Made by a program: the position numbers and the translations under genes. DNA of 64,000 nucleotides from the NCBI GenBank assembly GCA_963786935.1, contig CAWBAN010000001.1:544001-608000 (forward strand), written 5' to 3'. This document shows, in pieces, positions 1-8,056 of the stretch (its first letter is position 1; the number at the start of each line of letters is the position of its first letter). Source of the DNA: an uncultured bacterium. GTDB lineage: Bacteria > Krumholzibacteriota > Krumholzibacteriia > Krumholzibacteriales > Krumholzibacteriaceae. Under the pieces are notes generated by a model that saw only the letters and a list, made by a program, of their open reading frames with translations, ran no database searches and was not told the origin of the DNA.

Positions 1-1
1 C

Positions 2-352
2 GGGCGCCTCACGGTCGAGATGCTCGAGGGCGTCGACGTTCCCGCGGAGGTCAAGGACGCGATCCTCGTCCACGCGGGGCACCGCCCGCGCAACTCTTCT
101 CTGGACAAGGCGATATGCTGTGTCGATCCCGTAACTGGCTTAATAGTTGCATCGGCCCTCATGCATCCCTCGAAGCGCGTCGCCGGGCTGGCCCCGGACT
201 TCGTGGGAAAGCGTTTCAAGGAAAAGCGGTTCGCGGCGGGCGCAAACCGCGAAGCGATTGCAAACGTGAGCGAGCTGGGTCTCGAATTGCACGAGTTCTT
301 CTCCGTTTCGATCGAGGCGATGATCGGCATCTCCAGGGAGCTGGAGCTTTAG
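2..352 (+). CDS. HD/HDIG-domain metal-dependent phosphohydrolase, 5'-truncated at window edge
   Basis: Frame is open from position 2. The C-terminal pattern AILVHAG...DKAICCVDPVTGLIVASALMHPSK...KRFKEKRFAAGANREAI...ELGLEL..F is typical of the small HDIG family. Confidence 0.7.
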   Translation, partial: GRLTVEMLEGVDVPAEVKDAILVHAGHRPRNSSLDKAICCVDPVTGLIVASALMHPSKRVAGLAPDFVGKRFKEKRFAAGANREAIANVSELGLELHEFFSVSIEAMIGISRELEL

Positions 353-394
353 AAACGGGGCCCGGTGGGGGACATCAGCCGGAGGATCAAAGCG

Positions 395-964
395 ATGATC
401 GTCACTTGCGATGGATGCAGCACCAAGTATCTTCTCGACGACGCGAAGGTGCCCGAGAGGGGAATCCGCGTGAGGTGTCCGAAGTGCCGCTACGTCTGGC
501 GGCTCATGCCGGTCGCGGACAAGTCGATGTTCGAGATCTCCGCGAGCGCGTTCTCCGACACGGCGCCGGTCGCGGAGACCCCGAAAGGGGAGTGGGATTC
601 GCTCGAGCGCTCGCTCTCGGCGCTCGCGGGGCGCATGGCGCCGCGCGAGGAAGACGTCGTCATCGACGAGGAACGCCCGGCCGCGGCGGCTCCGCCGAAG
701 GCCGCGGAGGATCCCGAGGCGCGGCGATTCAAGGAGCGCTCAAAAAGATTGGCGCGCGTCTTCGTCAGTGATATTCTCGTATACAACAAGGACAAGCGGG
801 ACAAGGGGCTCGCCAGCGGCGATCTCATGACGGTCCTCGGTCCCGAGATCAAGAAGGCGTGGGAGGCCTACAAGGAGAAGATCGGCCCCAGCGTCGTCGA
901 ATCGAACGATTATTTCCGCGAGGCGTTGAACGATATTCTGGCCGACGGGCAGAAAGTATTCTGA
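395..964 (+). CDS. MJ0042-type zinc-ribbon protein with helical C-terminal domain
   Basis: GGAGG at 381-385 precedes ATG 395. N-terminus MIVTCDGCSTKYLLDDAKVPERGIRVRCPKC has CxxC-x19-CxxC. An acidic/Pro linker is followed by the C-terminal KRLARVFVSDILVYN...DYFREALNDILADG. Confidence 0.75.
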   Translation: MIVTCDGCSTKYLLDDAKVPERGIRVRCPKCRYVWRLMPVADKSMFEISASAFSDTAPVAETPKGEWDSLERSLSALAGRMAPREEDVVIDEERPAAAAPPKAAEDPEARRFKERSKRLARVFVSDILVYNKDKRDKGLASGDLMTVLGPEIKKAWEAYKEKIGPSVVESNDYFREALNDILADGQKVF

Positions 965-967
965 GTC

Positions 968-1801
968 GTGAATGGCGATAGAATCGCTCTCGATATCCTG
1001 AATCTCAACCCGCCGCTGCGCGACGAATTTTTCGCCGCGGCGAAGCTCCCGGACGAGGTGTCGATCAGGGAATTCGACACGTTCGCCCGGTTCATAAAGG
1101 GCATCAAGGCCGATTCCGACTACCGCTCCAATCTGCTCATCTTTCTTCCGCCCAAGAAATTCGATCCCAAGAAGGCGCGCCTCGTGCGCATCGCGCGCCT
1201 CGAGGCGCCCCTCTACGTCGTCGCGCGGGAGTGCGGCGAGAAGGACTATCTCACGTATCTCGCCGTCGGCGTCAACGCGGTGATGCAGCCGCCGTTCGGC
1301 AAGGGGGACGTGCAGCAGGCCCTGAACGGCCGTTCGCACGATCAGATTCCCTTCCCGCGGAGCGCCGACGTCATCAAGGAGGGGCAGGTGCGCCTCGATT
1401 TCCTCATCCCGAGCAAGCTCTCGCGCATCCTCGGCGTGAACCGGCTCGTCTCCTTTCTCGCCGACGAGTTCGGTTTCCCTCCCGAGGACAGCAAGGTCAA
1501 CCTGCCGCTCGTCATGGACGAGGCACTGAGCAACGCGATCGTGCACGGGAACAGGAACCGCGAAGACCGCAAGGTCCACGTGCGCATCTACGTCAGCTCG
1601 CACCGCTTTTTCGTGCAGGTGGAGGACGAGGGGGAGGGATTCCAGCCGGACGAGACGATCGATCCGAAACGGGGGGAGAACCTCGTGAAGCCGTCCGGCC
1701 GCGGAATCTATCTCATGCGGGAGCTCATGGACCGGGTCGCCTTCAAGGAAGGCGGGCGCCTGGTCGAAATGGAGAAGATCAATCCCTTCTCGCGCGCCTA
1801 G
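968..1801 (+). CDS. RsbW/SpoIIAB-like anti-sigma factor Ser kinase (HATPase_c_2) with N-terminal degenerate receiver-like domain
   Basis: N-box DEALSNAIVHGN, G1 VEDEGEGF, G2 SGRGIYLMRELMDRV. Confidence 0.8.
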   Translation: MNGDRIALDILNLNPPLRDEFFAAAKLPDEVSIREFDTFARFIKGIKADSDYRSNLLIFLPPKKFDPKKARLVRIARLEAPLYVVARECGEKDYLTYLAVGVNAVMQPPFGKGDVQQALNGRSHDQIPFPRSADVIKEGQVRLDFLIPSKLSRILGVNRLVSFLADEFGFPPEDSKVNLPLVMDEALSNAIVHGNRNREDRKVHVRIYVSSHRFFVQVEDEGEGFQPDETIDPKRGENLVKPSGRGIYLMRELMDRVAFKEGGRLVEMEKINPFSRA

Positions 1802-2244
1802 CTCTGGGCGTCCCCCCATTTTTCGCGAGCGATCTTGTCGAGGAGCTTGTCGATCTGGCCGCGGACGCGCTCGTCCTGGTCGGGCTCGAACAGCACCTTC
1901 TTGACCCTGCCCTGCTCGTCCTTCTGGACGTAGCGGAGCGCCTTGATGTGCTCGAGGGGAATGAGGATGTCCTTGCTCACGCGGACGTCGATGGGGGATC
2001 CGTCGAGGTTTGCGTCCGGGTGGTTGAACGGGTGCATCCCGACGCCCCATCCGTGCACGAGCATGCTGCAGACGATCGCGCGGAAGGTGTTCTGTTTCTG
2101 AACGGTGTCGAGCTCGAACGTGCCCTGGAATTTCTCCATCATGCCGTCGACGACCGGCGTGAGCTTCTTGACCACGTCGTCCTTGGGCTCCGTGTTGAGC
2201 AGCCGGTTGAAGATCTCTTTCAGTATTCTTTCGGTGATCTGCAT
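1798..2244 (-). CDS. Hypothetical soluble protein (start probably ATG 2244, MQITERIL; ORF track starts at 2271)
   Basis: Codon usage looks genuine and amino-acid composition is balanced. It overlaps the 3' end of the MFS gene, and its stop overlaps the convergent RsbW-like gene. Confidence 0.6.
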   Translation of the reverse strand: MQITERILKEIFNRLLNTEPKDDVVKKLTPVVDGMMEKFQGTFELDTVQKQNTFRAIVCSMLVHGWGVGMHPFNHPDANLDGSPIDVRVSKDILIPLEHIKALRYVQKDEQGRVKKVLFEPDQDERVRGQIDKLLDKIAREKWGDAQS

Positions 2245-3470
2245 CGTGAACCCCCGATCGTGGTTATCCAAAGAATTCCTGCGGATGCAAGAAAAAGACC
2301 AAGGACGAGAAGAAGCGTGCTTTTCCCCGTAAAACCCGCGAGCCAGGTGAAGAGGAAGGAGGAGACGATGAAGAAGCTTTTCGCGATGATCTCGCGGAAC
2401 GCGAAGACGCGGCCGCGGACCGATTCGGCGATGTCGCGCTGGAGCTCCGATTCCGCGATGACGATAAGGGGGGCGGCCGCCGCGCCGCCGATGAACGCGC
2501 CGATCACGATCGCCGCGAGCCCGTGACCGAGGGCGATCGCCAGCGTCGCCGGCGCGAAGAGGGCGAAGAACGCCGCCTCGAAGCGCTCCTTCGATTTCGT
2601 GCCGAGCTCGAGGCGGCTCGAGACGAACGAGCCGAAACCCATCCCGACGCCGAGCGAGAGGCCCGCCGCGCTGAGGGGGAGTGAGCTCCCCGGCCGGGAG
2701 ATCGCCTTGATCATCGGCAGCGCGAGCACCGAGAAGCCACCGCCCGCCACGTAGAGCAGGCTCTGGACGCCGAGCGGCCGCATCACGGCCGGCGTGTTCC
2801 GGATCGCCCGGGCGCCTTCGAGGATCGCCTGGCGGAGATCGGGGTGGTACGTCCGCGCCCGCGGGCCGGGAGCGCGGTTACGCATGCCGTGCAGCGCGAT
2901 GCCGAGGAGGAGGATCGACGAGACGAGGTAGCTCGCGCCGTCGAGGTAAAAGCACGCCGACCACGAGAAGAAATCGTAGATGATCCCGCCGCCGAGAAAG
3001 CCGCCGATGACGCCGGCGATCCCCGCCGCCCAGAGGATCGAGTTCACCTGGAGGAGCTGCTCGCGCGAAACGAGCTCCGGGATGAGCGCCGATTTCGCCG
3101 GGAGGAAGAAGAGGTTCCCGGTCGCGATGAGGAACACGATCGCCATGACGGGGAAGAAATCGCCGGTCCGCGTGAAGAGAACGGGAATCGCGCACGCGAG
3201 GGCGGCGCGGCAGAGATCGGTGACGACGAGGATCCACCGCTTGTCGAGCCGGTCGACGAGCGCGCCGATGAGGGGCGCGAGCAGAAAGAGCGGCAGCGTC
3301 ATGGCCAGATAGAGCTGCGAGAGCGTCATCGACGGATTGCTGGAGAAGTTGTTGATGATCGCCATCAGCGAGAAGTTGTTGAGCCGGTCGCCGAACAGGG
3401 AGACGGTCTGGGCGGCCCAGAACATCGTGAAGAAGACGATGGGAAGCTCTTTGCGCGCCGTTTCGTTCAC
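2220..3470 (-). CDS. MFS transporter (H+ antiporter / LplT-like)
   Basis: This is the C-terminal 416 aa of track ORF 2220..4673. GTG start overlaps the upstream TGA. Motifs FWAAQTVSLFGD and motif A GALVDRLDKRWILVVTDLCRA, ~12 hydrophobic segments, RGRVFA. Confidence 0.85.
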   Translation of the reverse strand: MNETARKELPIVFFTMFWAAQTVSLFGDRLNNFSLMAIINNFSSNPSMTLSQLYLAMTLPLFLLAPLIGALVDRLDKRWILVVTDLCRAALACAIPVLFTRTGDFFPVMAIVFLIATGNLFFLPAKSALIPELVSREQLLQVNSILWAAGIAGVIGGFLGGGIIYDFFSWSACFYLDGASYLVSSILLLGIALHGMRNRAPGPRARTYHPDLRQAILEGARAIRNTPAVMRPLGVQSLLYVAGGGFSVLALPMIKAISRPGSSLPLSAAGLSLGVGMGFGSFVSSRLELGTKSKERFEAAFFALFAPATLAIALGHGLAAIVIGAFIGGAAAAPLIVIAESELQRDIAESVRGRVFAFREIIAKSFFIVSSFLFTWLAGFTGKSTLLLVLGLFLASAGILWITTIGGSRCRSPKEY

Positions 3471-4636
3471 GGGCACGCCCCCGTGAAGTCGAGTGCGTCC
3501 CGATCGCGCGCCGCGCGGCCTCCCGCGCGGGCGCCGAGATACACCGATTCGAGCCGCCGGGCGACGATCGGCCAGTCGTAGCGGAGCGCCTGCTCGCGGC
3601 CGGCAGCCCCGATCGCGCGCCGCCGCCCCTCGTCCCGGGCGAGCGAGACGATCGCGCGCGCGAGCGCCTCGGGATTCCGCGGTGGGACGAGGATCCCCTC
3701 GCGGCCGTCGTTCACGATCGTGCGGTAGCCGGGGATATCGGACGCCGCGATCGCCACGCCCGAGGCCATCGCCTCGAGGAGCACGATCCCGAAGCTCTCC
3801 TGCCCGGTCGCCGGGGAGCAGAAGACGTCGGCGGTCGAGTAGTAGCGGGGGAGATCCTCGGGGGAAACCCGTCCGATCCACTCGAGCTTCGCCCCGCGCA
3901 GGTCGGCCGGGCGCGGGCAGAGGCCGGCGCGGAGCCCCTTTTCCCCGACGATCAGGAATCGCACGTTCCCGGCGAGCTCCCGCGCGACGAGCGGAATCGC
4001 CCGGAGGAGGCAGGAGACGCCCTTGCGCGGATCCATTCTCCCGACGAAGAGCACGTTGAACCGGCCGTCGCGTAATTCGGGGATCGGCGCGATCCCGGGC
4101 CGGAAGCGCCCGCAGTCGATGCCGTTCGGAACGAGCTCGTAGTCGCCGGGGAAGTATTTGCTCACGAACGTCCGGGCCGCCTCCGATACCGCGATGCGGC
4201 GGTCGAGCCGGCGGGCCTTGGGCTCGAGGTAGCGCCGGAGGAGCCAGTAGAAGAAATTGCGGTCGGCGGCCGCATGGAACGTGCCGACGACGGTCTGCGA
4301 GGGGAGCGCCGCTTCGAGGGCGAAGAGGGGGAGCGTGGGGACGAGCGGGCAGTGCGCGTGCACGACGTCGAAGCGCTCGCGCTCGAAGATGCGGCGAAGC
4401 CCGCCGCGGAGCCCGGCGCCGACCGTCATGTTGACCCATGCGCCGTTCACGGGGACGAGCACGTTGCGTCCGATCCGGATGACGCCGGCCTCGGGAGGTT
4501 CCGTCCCCGTGTAGCGAGTCGTGACGATCGTGACGTCGTGGCCGAGCCGCCGGAGCTCCCTCGCCGAGTAGTGGGCCACCTCGGTCACGCCGCCGGGCCG
4601 CGGATAGTACGATTGCGTCACGATGCCGATCTTCAC
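3467..4636 (-). CDS. GT4 glycosyltransferase, PimA (phosphatidylinositol alpha-mannosyltransferase)-like
   Basis: MKIGIVTQSYYPRPGGV, VPVNG, VGTFHAA, IAVSEAA, VPNGID, LFVGRMDPRKG and PATGQESFGIVLLEAMASG (ExFGxxxxE). Confidence 0.8.
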   Translation of the reverse strand: MKIGIVTQSYYPRPGGVTEVAHYSARELRRLGHDVTIVTTRYTGTEPPEAGVIRIGRNVLVPVNGAWVNMTVGAGLRGGLRRIFERERFDVVHAHCPLVPTLPLFALEAALPSQTVVGTFHAAADRNFFYWLLRRYLEPKARRLDRRIAVSEAARTFVSKYFPGDYELVPNGIDCGRFRPGIAPIPELRDGRFNVLFVGRMDPRKGVSCLLRAIPLVARELAGNVRFLIVGEKGLRAGLCPRPADLRGAKLEWIGRVSPEDLPRYYSTADVFCSPATGQESFGIVLLEAMASGVAIAASDIPGYRTIVNDGREGILVPPRNPEALARAIVSLARDEGRRRAIGAAGREQALRYDWPIVARRLESVYLGARAGGRAARDRDALDFTGACP

Positions 4637-4639
4637 GGA

Positions 4640-5500
4640 TCAATCTCCCCAGATGCGTCTGAACATGCACCACTGATCGGCGTTGGCTCCGATGAAGCGT
4701 TCGACCGCTCCGTACATCCTCGCGAGCGCCTCCCGCTCGGATCCGGCCTCGATCTCCCCGGCGCTCATGATATGCTCGATGTGCAGCCGGTGCGCCGTGT
4801 TTCCCACGCGGCGGCAGTATCCCCCGAGAATGGGCGCTCCCGACGCGCGCGCGAGCCTCGCGGGGCCGTCGGGCAGGCGGGCGCTCCGGCCGAAGAAGGG
4901 CAGGTCGACGCCCCCCGTGTAGATATTGCCGTCGACGAGAAGGATGATGACGCCGTTCGCGGCGAGCGCCTTGAGCAGCTTCCGGTATGAATCATCCGGG
5001 CCGATCACGTCGATGCCGCGCCTTTTCTTCGCTTCCTTGACCGCGCCTGTGAGAAACCTGTTCATTTGCACCCCCGCGACCACGTGGAGCCGGTATCCGA
5101 GGGCCTGCAGGCAGCGGGCGCCGAGCTCCCAGCTCCCCGTATGCACCGAGACGACGATGGCCCCTTTCCCGCCGGCGATCGCCGCATCGAGCGCTGCGCG
5201 TCCCTCGAGATCGCACCACCCGAGAATGGTGTCGTCGTCCCAGGCGAGAGAGGCGAACATCTCGATGAGGTTCGTTGCATGAAGCCTGAAGACGCCGAAA
5301 ACCCGCTCGTCCGTCGGCGAAAGCCCCGCAGCCGCCAAGTTCTCCGCGACATTACCCCGCTTCGAGCGCGAGATCGCGTAATCGAATCCGGCGCAGAGCC
5401 CGGCGATGCCGTTCCTCATGGAGGCGGGGACGGCGCTCGCCAGAGATGCAATCAACCTAAAGGTCAGCTTTCCAATATCTTCCACGATTTTGGCGAGCAT
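4640..5500 (-). CDS. Lipid A lauroyltransferase/PatA-family acyltransferase
   Basis: GKGAIVVSVHTGSWELG (Hx4E), ILLVDG, FFGRSARLPDGPARLARASGAPI, DQWCMFRRIW. Confidence 0.8.
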   Translation of the reverse strand: MLAKIVEDIGKLTFRLIASLASAVPASMRNGIAGLCAGFDYAISRSKRGNVAENLAAAGLSPTDERVFGVFRLHATNLIEMFASLAWDDDTILGWCDLEGRAALDAAIAGGKGAIVVSVHTGSWELGARCLQALGYRLHVVAGVQMNRFLTGAVKEAKKRRGIDVIGPDDSYRKLLKALAANGVIILLVDGNIYTGGVDLPFFGRSARLPDGPARLARASGAPILGGYCRRVGNTAHRLHIEHIMSAGEIEAGSEREALARMYGAVERFIGANADQWCMFRRIWGD

Positions 5501-5574
5501 ACGGTGCGCGAAACAAATCTGTCAAGCTCCATGAATCGGCGGGAACGCTCGTCTCCCGGCGCCGCCGCGCGCCG

Positions 5575-5589
5575 TGGCACGGTTCTGGC
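5575..5589 (+). promoter_or_regulatory. Candidate sigma54 (-24/-12) promoter
   Basis: TGGCAC-GGTTC-TGGC: GG at 5576-77 and GC at 5588-89 are separated by exactly 10 nt. It lies 37 nt upstream of the CDS at 5626. Confidence 0.5.
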
Positions 5590-5625
5590 TCATTCCGACT
5601 CCGGCGTCTCAAAGGGGGATTTGCA

Positions 5626-6036
5626 TTGCAACTTTCGAGTGAAACAACCCTTTTCATGCAAAAAGCGATCTATTACGTGACCAAGCCGATCGCCGCCCGC
5701 GGGATGCTCGAGCTCACCGATCGATGCCTGTATTTCCAGGTGTTCCCCTTCGACGCTTCGTTCGGGATCAAGAACGTCTCGATCGATGTCGTCGCTATCA
5801 ACGACGTGACCATCGAGGTGGGAGACCTGCATCCGAGAATCTGCGTCTTTGCCGACCGCAAGTACGAGTTCGTGCTTTCGAAAGGGCAGCAGCTGTACGA
5901 CCGGTTGAAGGAGCTTCGACGCGATCCCCTGCGGCAGGGCTTCGGCGCGGCGAAGCGGGACGAACGCCCCTGCGCATGCGGGCAGCCGGTCCAGAGCGGC
6001 TTTCGATTCTGCCCCTGGTGCGGCGCGAAGCTCTAG
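5626..6036 (+). CDS. Small protein with PH/GRAM-like beta region and C-terminal zinc ribbon
   Basis: AAAGGGGG precedes TTG 5626. RGMLELTDRCLYF is GRAM/PH-like; C-terminus is CACG...FRFCPWCGAKL. Confidence 0.65.
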   Translation: MQLSSETTLFMQKAIYYVTKPIAARGMLELTDRCLYFQVFPFDASFGIKNVSIDVVAINDVTIEVGDLHPRICVFADRKYEFVLSKGQQLYDRLKELRRDPLRQGFGAAKRDERPCACGQPVQSGFRFCPWCGAKL

Positions 6037-6059
6037 AGGACGACCGCGTATTTTTTCCA

Positions 6060-6088
6060 TTGTGAAGGCGCCTTCCATCTGTTAAATT
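6060..6088 (+). promoter_or_regulatory. Candidate sigma70 promoter (extended -10)
   Basis: TTGTGA-17 nt-TAAATT with TG at 6080-81, upstream of the lipoprotein gene. Confidence 0.35.
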
Positions 6089-6149
6089 CCATCAGGAGTT
6101 GAACCGATCCTCAAGGCTGGGATTCCGAGAGATATCAGAGGAGGTATCG

Positions 6150-6500
6150 ATGTTCCGGGTCGGTGTTTGTGCGTTGGCAATGCTTCTGTTATCGATGTTC
6201 TTCGGTTGCAGTGACGAAACGACGGATACTGAACCGACCGGAGTGGAGGTAGCCTTTCCGAGCTGCCTGACGTTCAACGTGGTAGTTTTCATCGACGGCA
6301 ATTACGTCGGATCGTACTCGAGCGAGCGGTCCTGGTTCATCGACATTGCGGCGGGCACGCATCATCTCGAAGCCCATTCCAATCTCTCCGTCGTCGAGGA
6401 TAACACGGGATTTTGCTGGGATGAGACGTTCAGCGTCGCCGACGGCAGCACGACGCTGCTCAGTCTCCCCTGCGATACCGCCGCCTGCCCCGCGGAGTAG
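6150..6500 (+). CDS. Putative lipoprotein, small beta-sandwich (PEGA-like)
   Basis: AGGAGG precedes ATG 6150. Signal peptide ends in lipobox FFGC. VVVFIDGNYVG...IDIAAGTHHLEA is PEGA-like. Confidence 0.7.
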   Translation: MFRVGVCALAMLLLSMFFGCSDETTDTEPTGVEVAFPSCLTFNVVVFIDGNYVGSYSSERSWFIDIAAGTHHLEAHSNLSVVEDNTGFCWDETFSVADGSTTLLSLPCDTAACPAE

Positions 6501-6559
6501 AGATGCCGCGCCGCCGGGAATGAGGCGGATTCGACAGCGGCTGCGTTGCACTTTTCACG

Positions 6560-6590
6560 GGCCCTCTCTCAATACCGGAGAGGGCCTTTT
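6560..6590 (+). terminator. Intrinsic terminator candidate
   Basis: GGCCCTCTC (6560-68) pairs with GAGAGGGCC (6578-86), a 9 bp stem followed by TTTT. Confidence 0.55.
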
Positions 6591-6673
6591 CCATGAGTGT
6601 CTCCCGGAACGCCGCGATATCTCCCAACCACCCTATTCTTAATAAGTTAAAAAATGTAATCGAATGTTGACGG

Positions 6674-6688
6674 TGGCATGGTCCTTGC
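6674..6688 (+). promoter_or_regulatory. sigma54 (-24/-12) promoter upstream of mglA
   Basis: TGGCAT-GGTCC-TTGC matches TGGCAY-N5-TTGC. An AT-rich tract at 6634-6660 lies just upstream, as expected for a DNA-bending site. Confidence 0.7.
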
Positions 6689-6700
6689 GCTCGTTCCGAA

Positions 6701-6827
6701 GTGCCGGGGTGGGCGCTTCGCAGCGTCACGGCAGGGTCAGCACCCCCAGATCGAGCATCGAGGAATCTGCTCCAGAACACGGCTTCCGTGCGCGCGCATC
6801 GGGTGAGCAGCATTCCCACCCCGGCGC
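6701..6827 (+). ncRNA. Candidate structured 5' leader / cis-regulatory RNA of mglA (unassigned family)
   Basis: A 13 bp closing stem (6701-6713 with 6815-6827, one G-U) encloses four short hairpins. It begins at the predicted sigma54 +1. Confidence 0.4.
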
Positions 6828-6845
6828 AGATTGAAAGGGAGTGAT

Positions 6846-7946
6846 ATGGCAGTCTTCAATTACGCCGGCGGAGAGATAAACGCGAAGATCGTCTATTACG
6901 GCCCCGGTCTCAGCGGCAAGACGACGAATCTCGAATTCATCTATTCGAAGCTTCCCCGCGAGAACAAGGGCAAAATGGTCTCGATGAAGACGCGGACCGA
7001 CCGCACCCTCTTCTTCGATTTCCTGCCGATCGATATCGGCGAGATCAACGGGATGAAGGTGCGCTTCCTTCTGTACACGGTGCCCGGCCAGGTGTATTAC
7101 AACGCCACGCGCAAGCTCGTGCTCAAGGGAGTGGACGCAGTCGTGTTCGTCGCGGATTCGGCCCCCGACCGCATGCAGGAAAACAAGGAAGCCATCCAGA
7201 ATCTCGAAGACAACCTGAACGATCTCGGCTTGACCCTGAAGACGATTCCGTGGGTGATCCAGTACAACAAGCGCGATCTGCCCAACCGGATCGAGCGCGA
7301 GATGATGGACCAGGAGCTCAATACCGACGCCGTGCCGAGCTTCGAAGCGGTCGCGAGCAAGGGGGGCGGCGTGTATGAGACGTTCGCCGGAATCGCGAAG
7401 CTCGTTTTCAAGAACATGCAGGAAGAGCTGAAGGATCCCGAGCGGAAGCGCGAGGCGCGCGAGCCGCGCAGCCGGGAGCGCCTCAACATCGAGGTCGTCG
7501 CGAAAGGCTCCGTGAAGACCGAAGCGGCGACGGGCGGGGACGACTACCGGAATTGCGCGGGGAAGAAGGAAGAGGAACCCGCTTCCGTTTCCGAGTTCGT
7601 CGACAGCGTGCTGAAGGACCGCGTCGATCCGCAGAGCATCGATCTCGGCGCGACGCGTGAGGGATACGAGGAATACGGCCATCTCGTCGATCTGAACGGC
7701 GCCGACGCGAAGGAGCCGGGGGCTTCCCCGCAGGCGACGAAGCCGGGGGAGATTCTCTCCGATTCCGTCGAGAAGCTCAAGGCGAAGGTCGCGCTGCAGG
7801 AGGCCGAGGAGCCTCCGAAGACGGAGCCCCGGCCGCGCCTCGACGTGGTCGAGGAGAAGCTGATCCGGGTTCCCGTGCGTCTCTCGAAAGAGGAGATGGC
7901 GAAAGAGATCCGTCTGAACATCATCATCGATATCGCCGTCGATTGA
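6846..7946 (+). CDS. mglA: MglA-family small GTPase with ~170 aa C-terminal extension
   Basis: EINAKIVYYGPGLSGKTTNL (G1), DRTLFFDFLP (G2), LYTVPGQVYYNATRKLVLKGVD (G3), QYNKRDLP (G4), EAVA (G5). AAAGGGAG is the RBS. Confidence 0.9.
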   Translation: MAVFNYAGGEINAKIVYYGPGLSGKTTNLEFIYSKLPRENKGKMVSMKTRTDRTLFFDFLPIDIGEINGMKVRFLLYTVPGQVYYNATRKLVLKGVDAVVFVADSAPDRMQENKEAIQNLEDNLNDLGLTLKTIPWVIQYNKRDLPNRIEREMMDQELNTDAVPSFEAVASKGGGVYETFAGIAKLVFKNMQEELKDPERKREAREPRSRERLNIEVVAKGSVKTEAATGGDDYRNCAGKKEEEPASVSEFVDSVLKDRVDPQSIDLGATREGYEEYGHLVDLNGADAKEPGASPQATKPGEILSDSVEKLKAKVALQEAEEPPKTEPRPRLDVVEEKLIRVPVRLSKEEMAKEIRLNIIIDIAVD

Positions 7947-7993
7947 ACGCGCGAAAAGACTTGACCCGATACGAGACGGGGTGTGAAAATCGG

Positions 7994-8023
7994 AACCGGA
8001 GCGCTCGACAGGCTCCGGTTTTT
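7994..8023 (+). terminator. Intrinsic terminator candidate after mglA
   Basis: AACCGGAGC (7994-8002) pairs with GCTCCGGTT (8012-8020), followed by TTT. Confidence 0.55.
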
Positions 8024-8056
8024 CGATTATATTTGCGTTATAGAGGGGGAGCCGCC

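Noticed and set aside
2220..4673. 817 aa ORF suggesting a large fusion to the MFS
   Set aside because: The first ~400 aa are an off-frame read of the GT4 gene. The MFS starts at GTG 3470, overlapping the GT4 stop.
6701..6827. Assignment of the mglA leader to SRP RNA, 6S RNA or a c-di-GMP riboswitch
   Set aside because: It lacks the SRP helix-8 GGAA/AGCAG arrangement, the 6S long rod with central bubble, and the GEMM GNRA/receptor motifs. Left unassigned.
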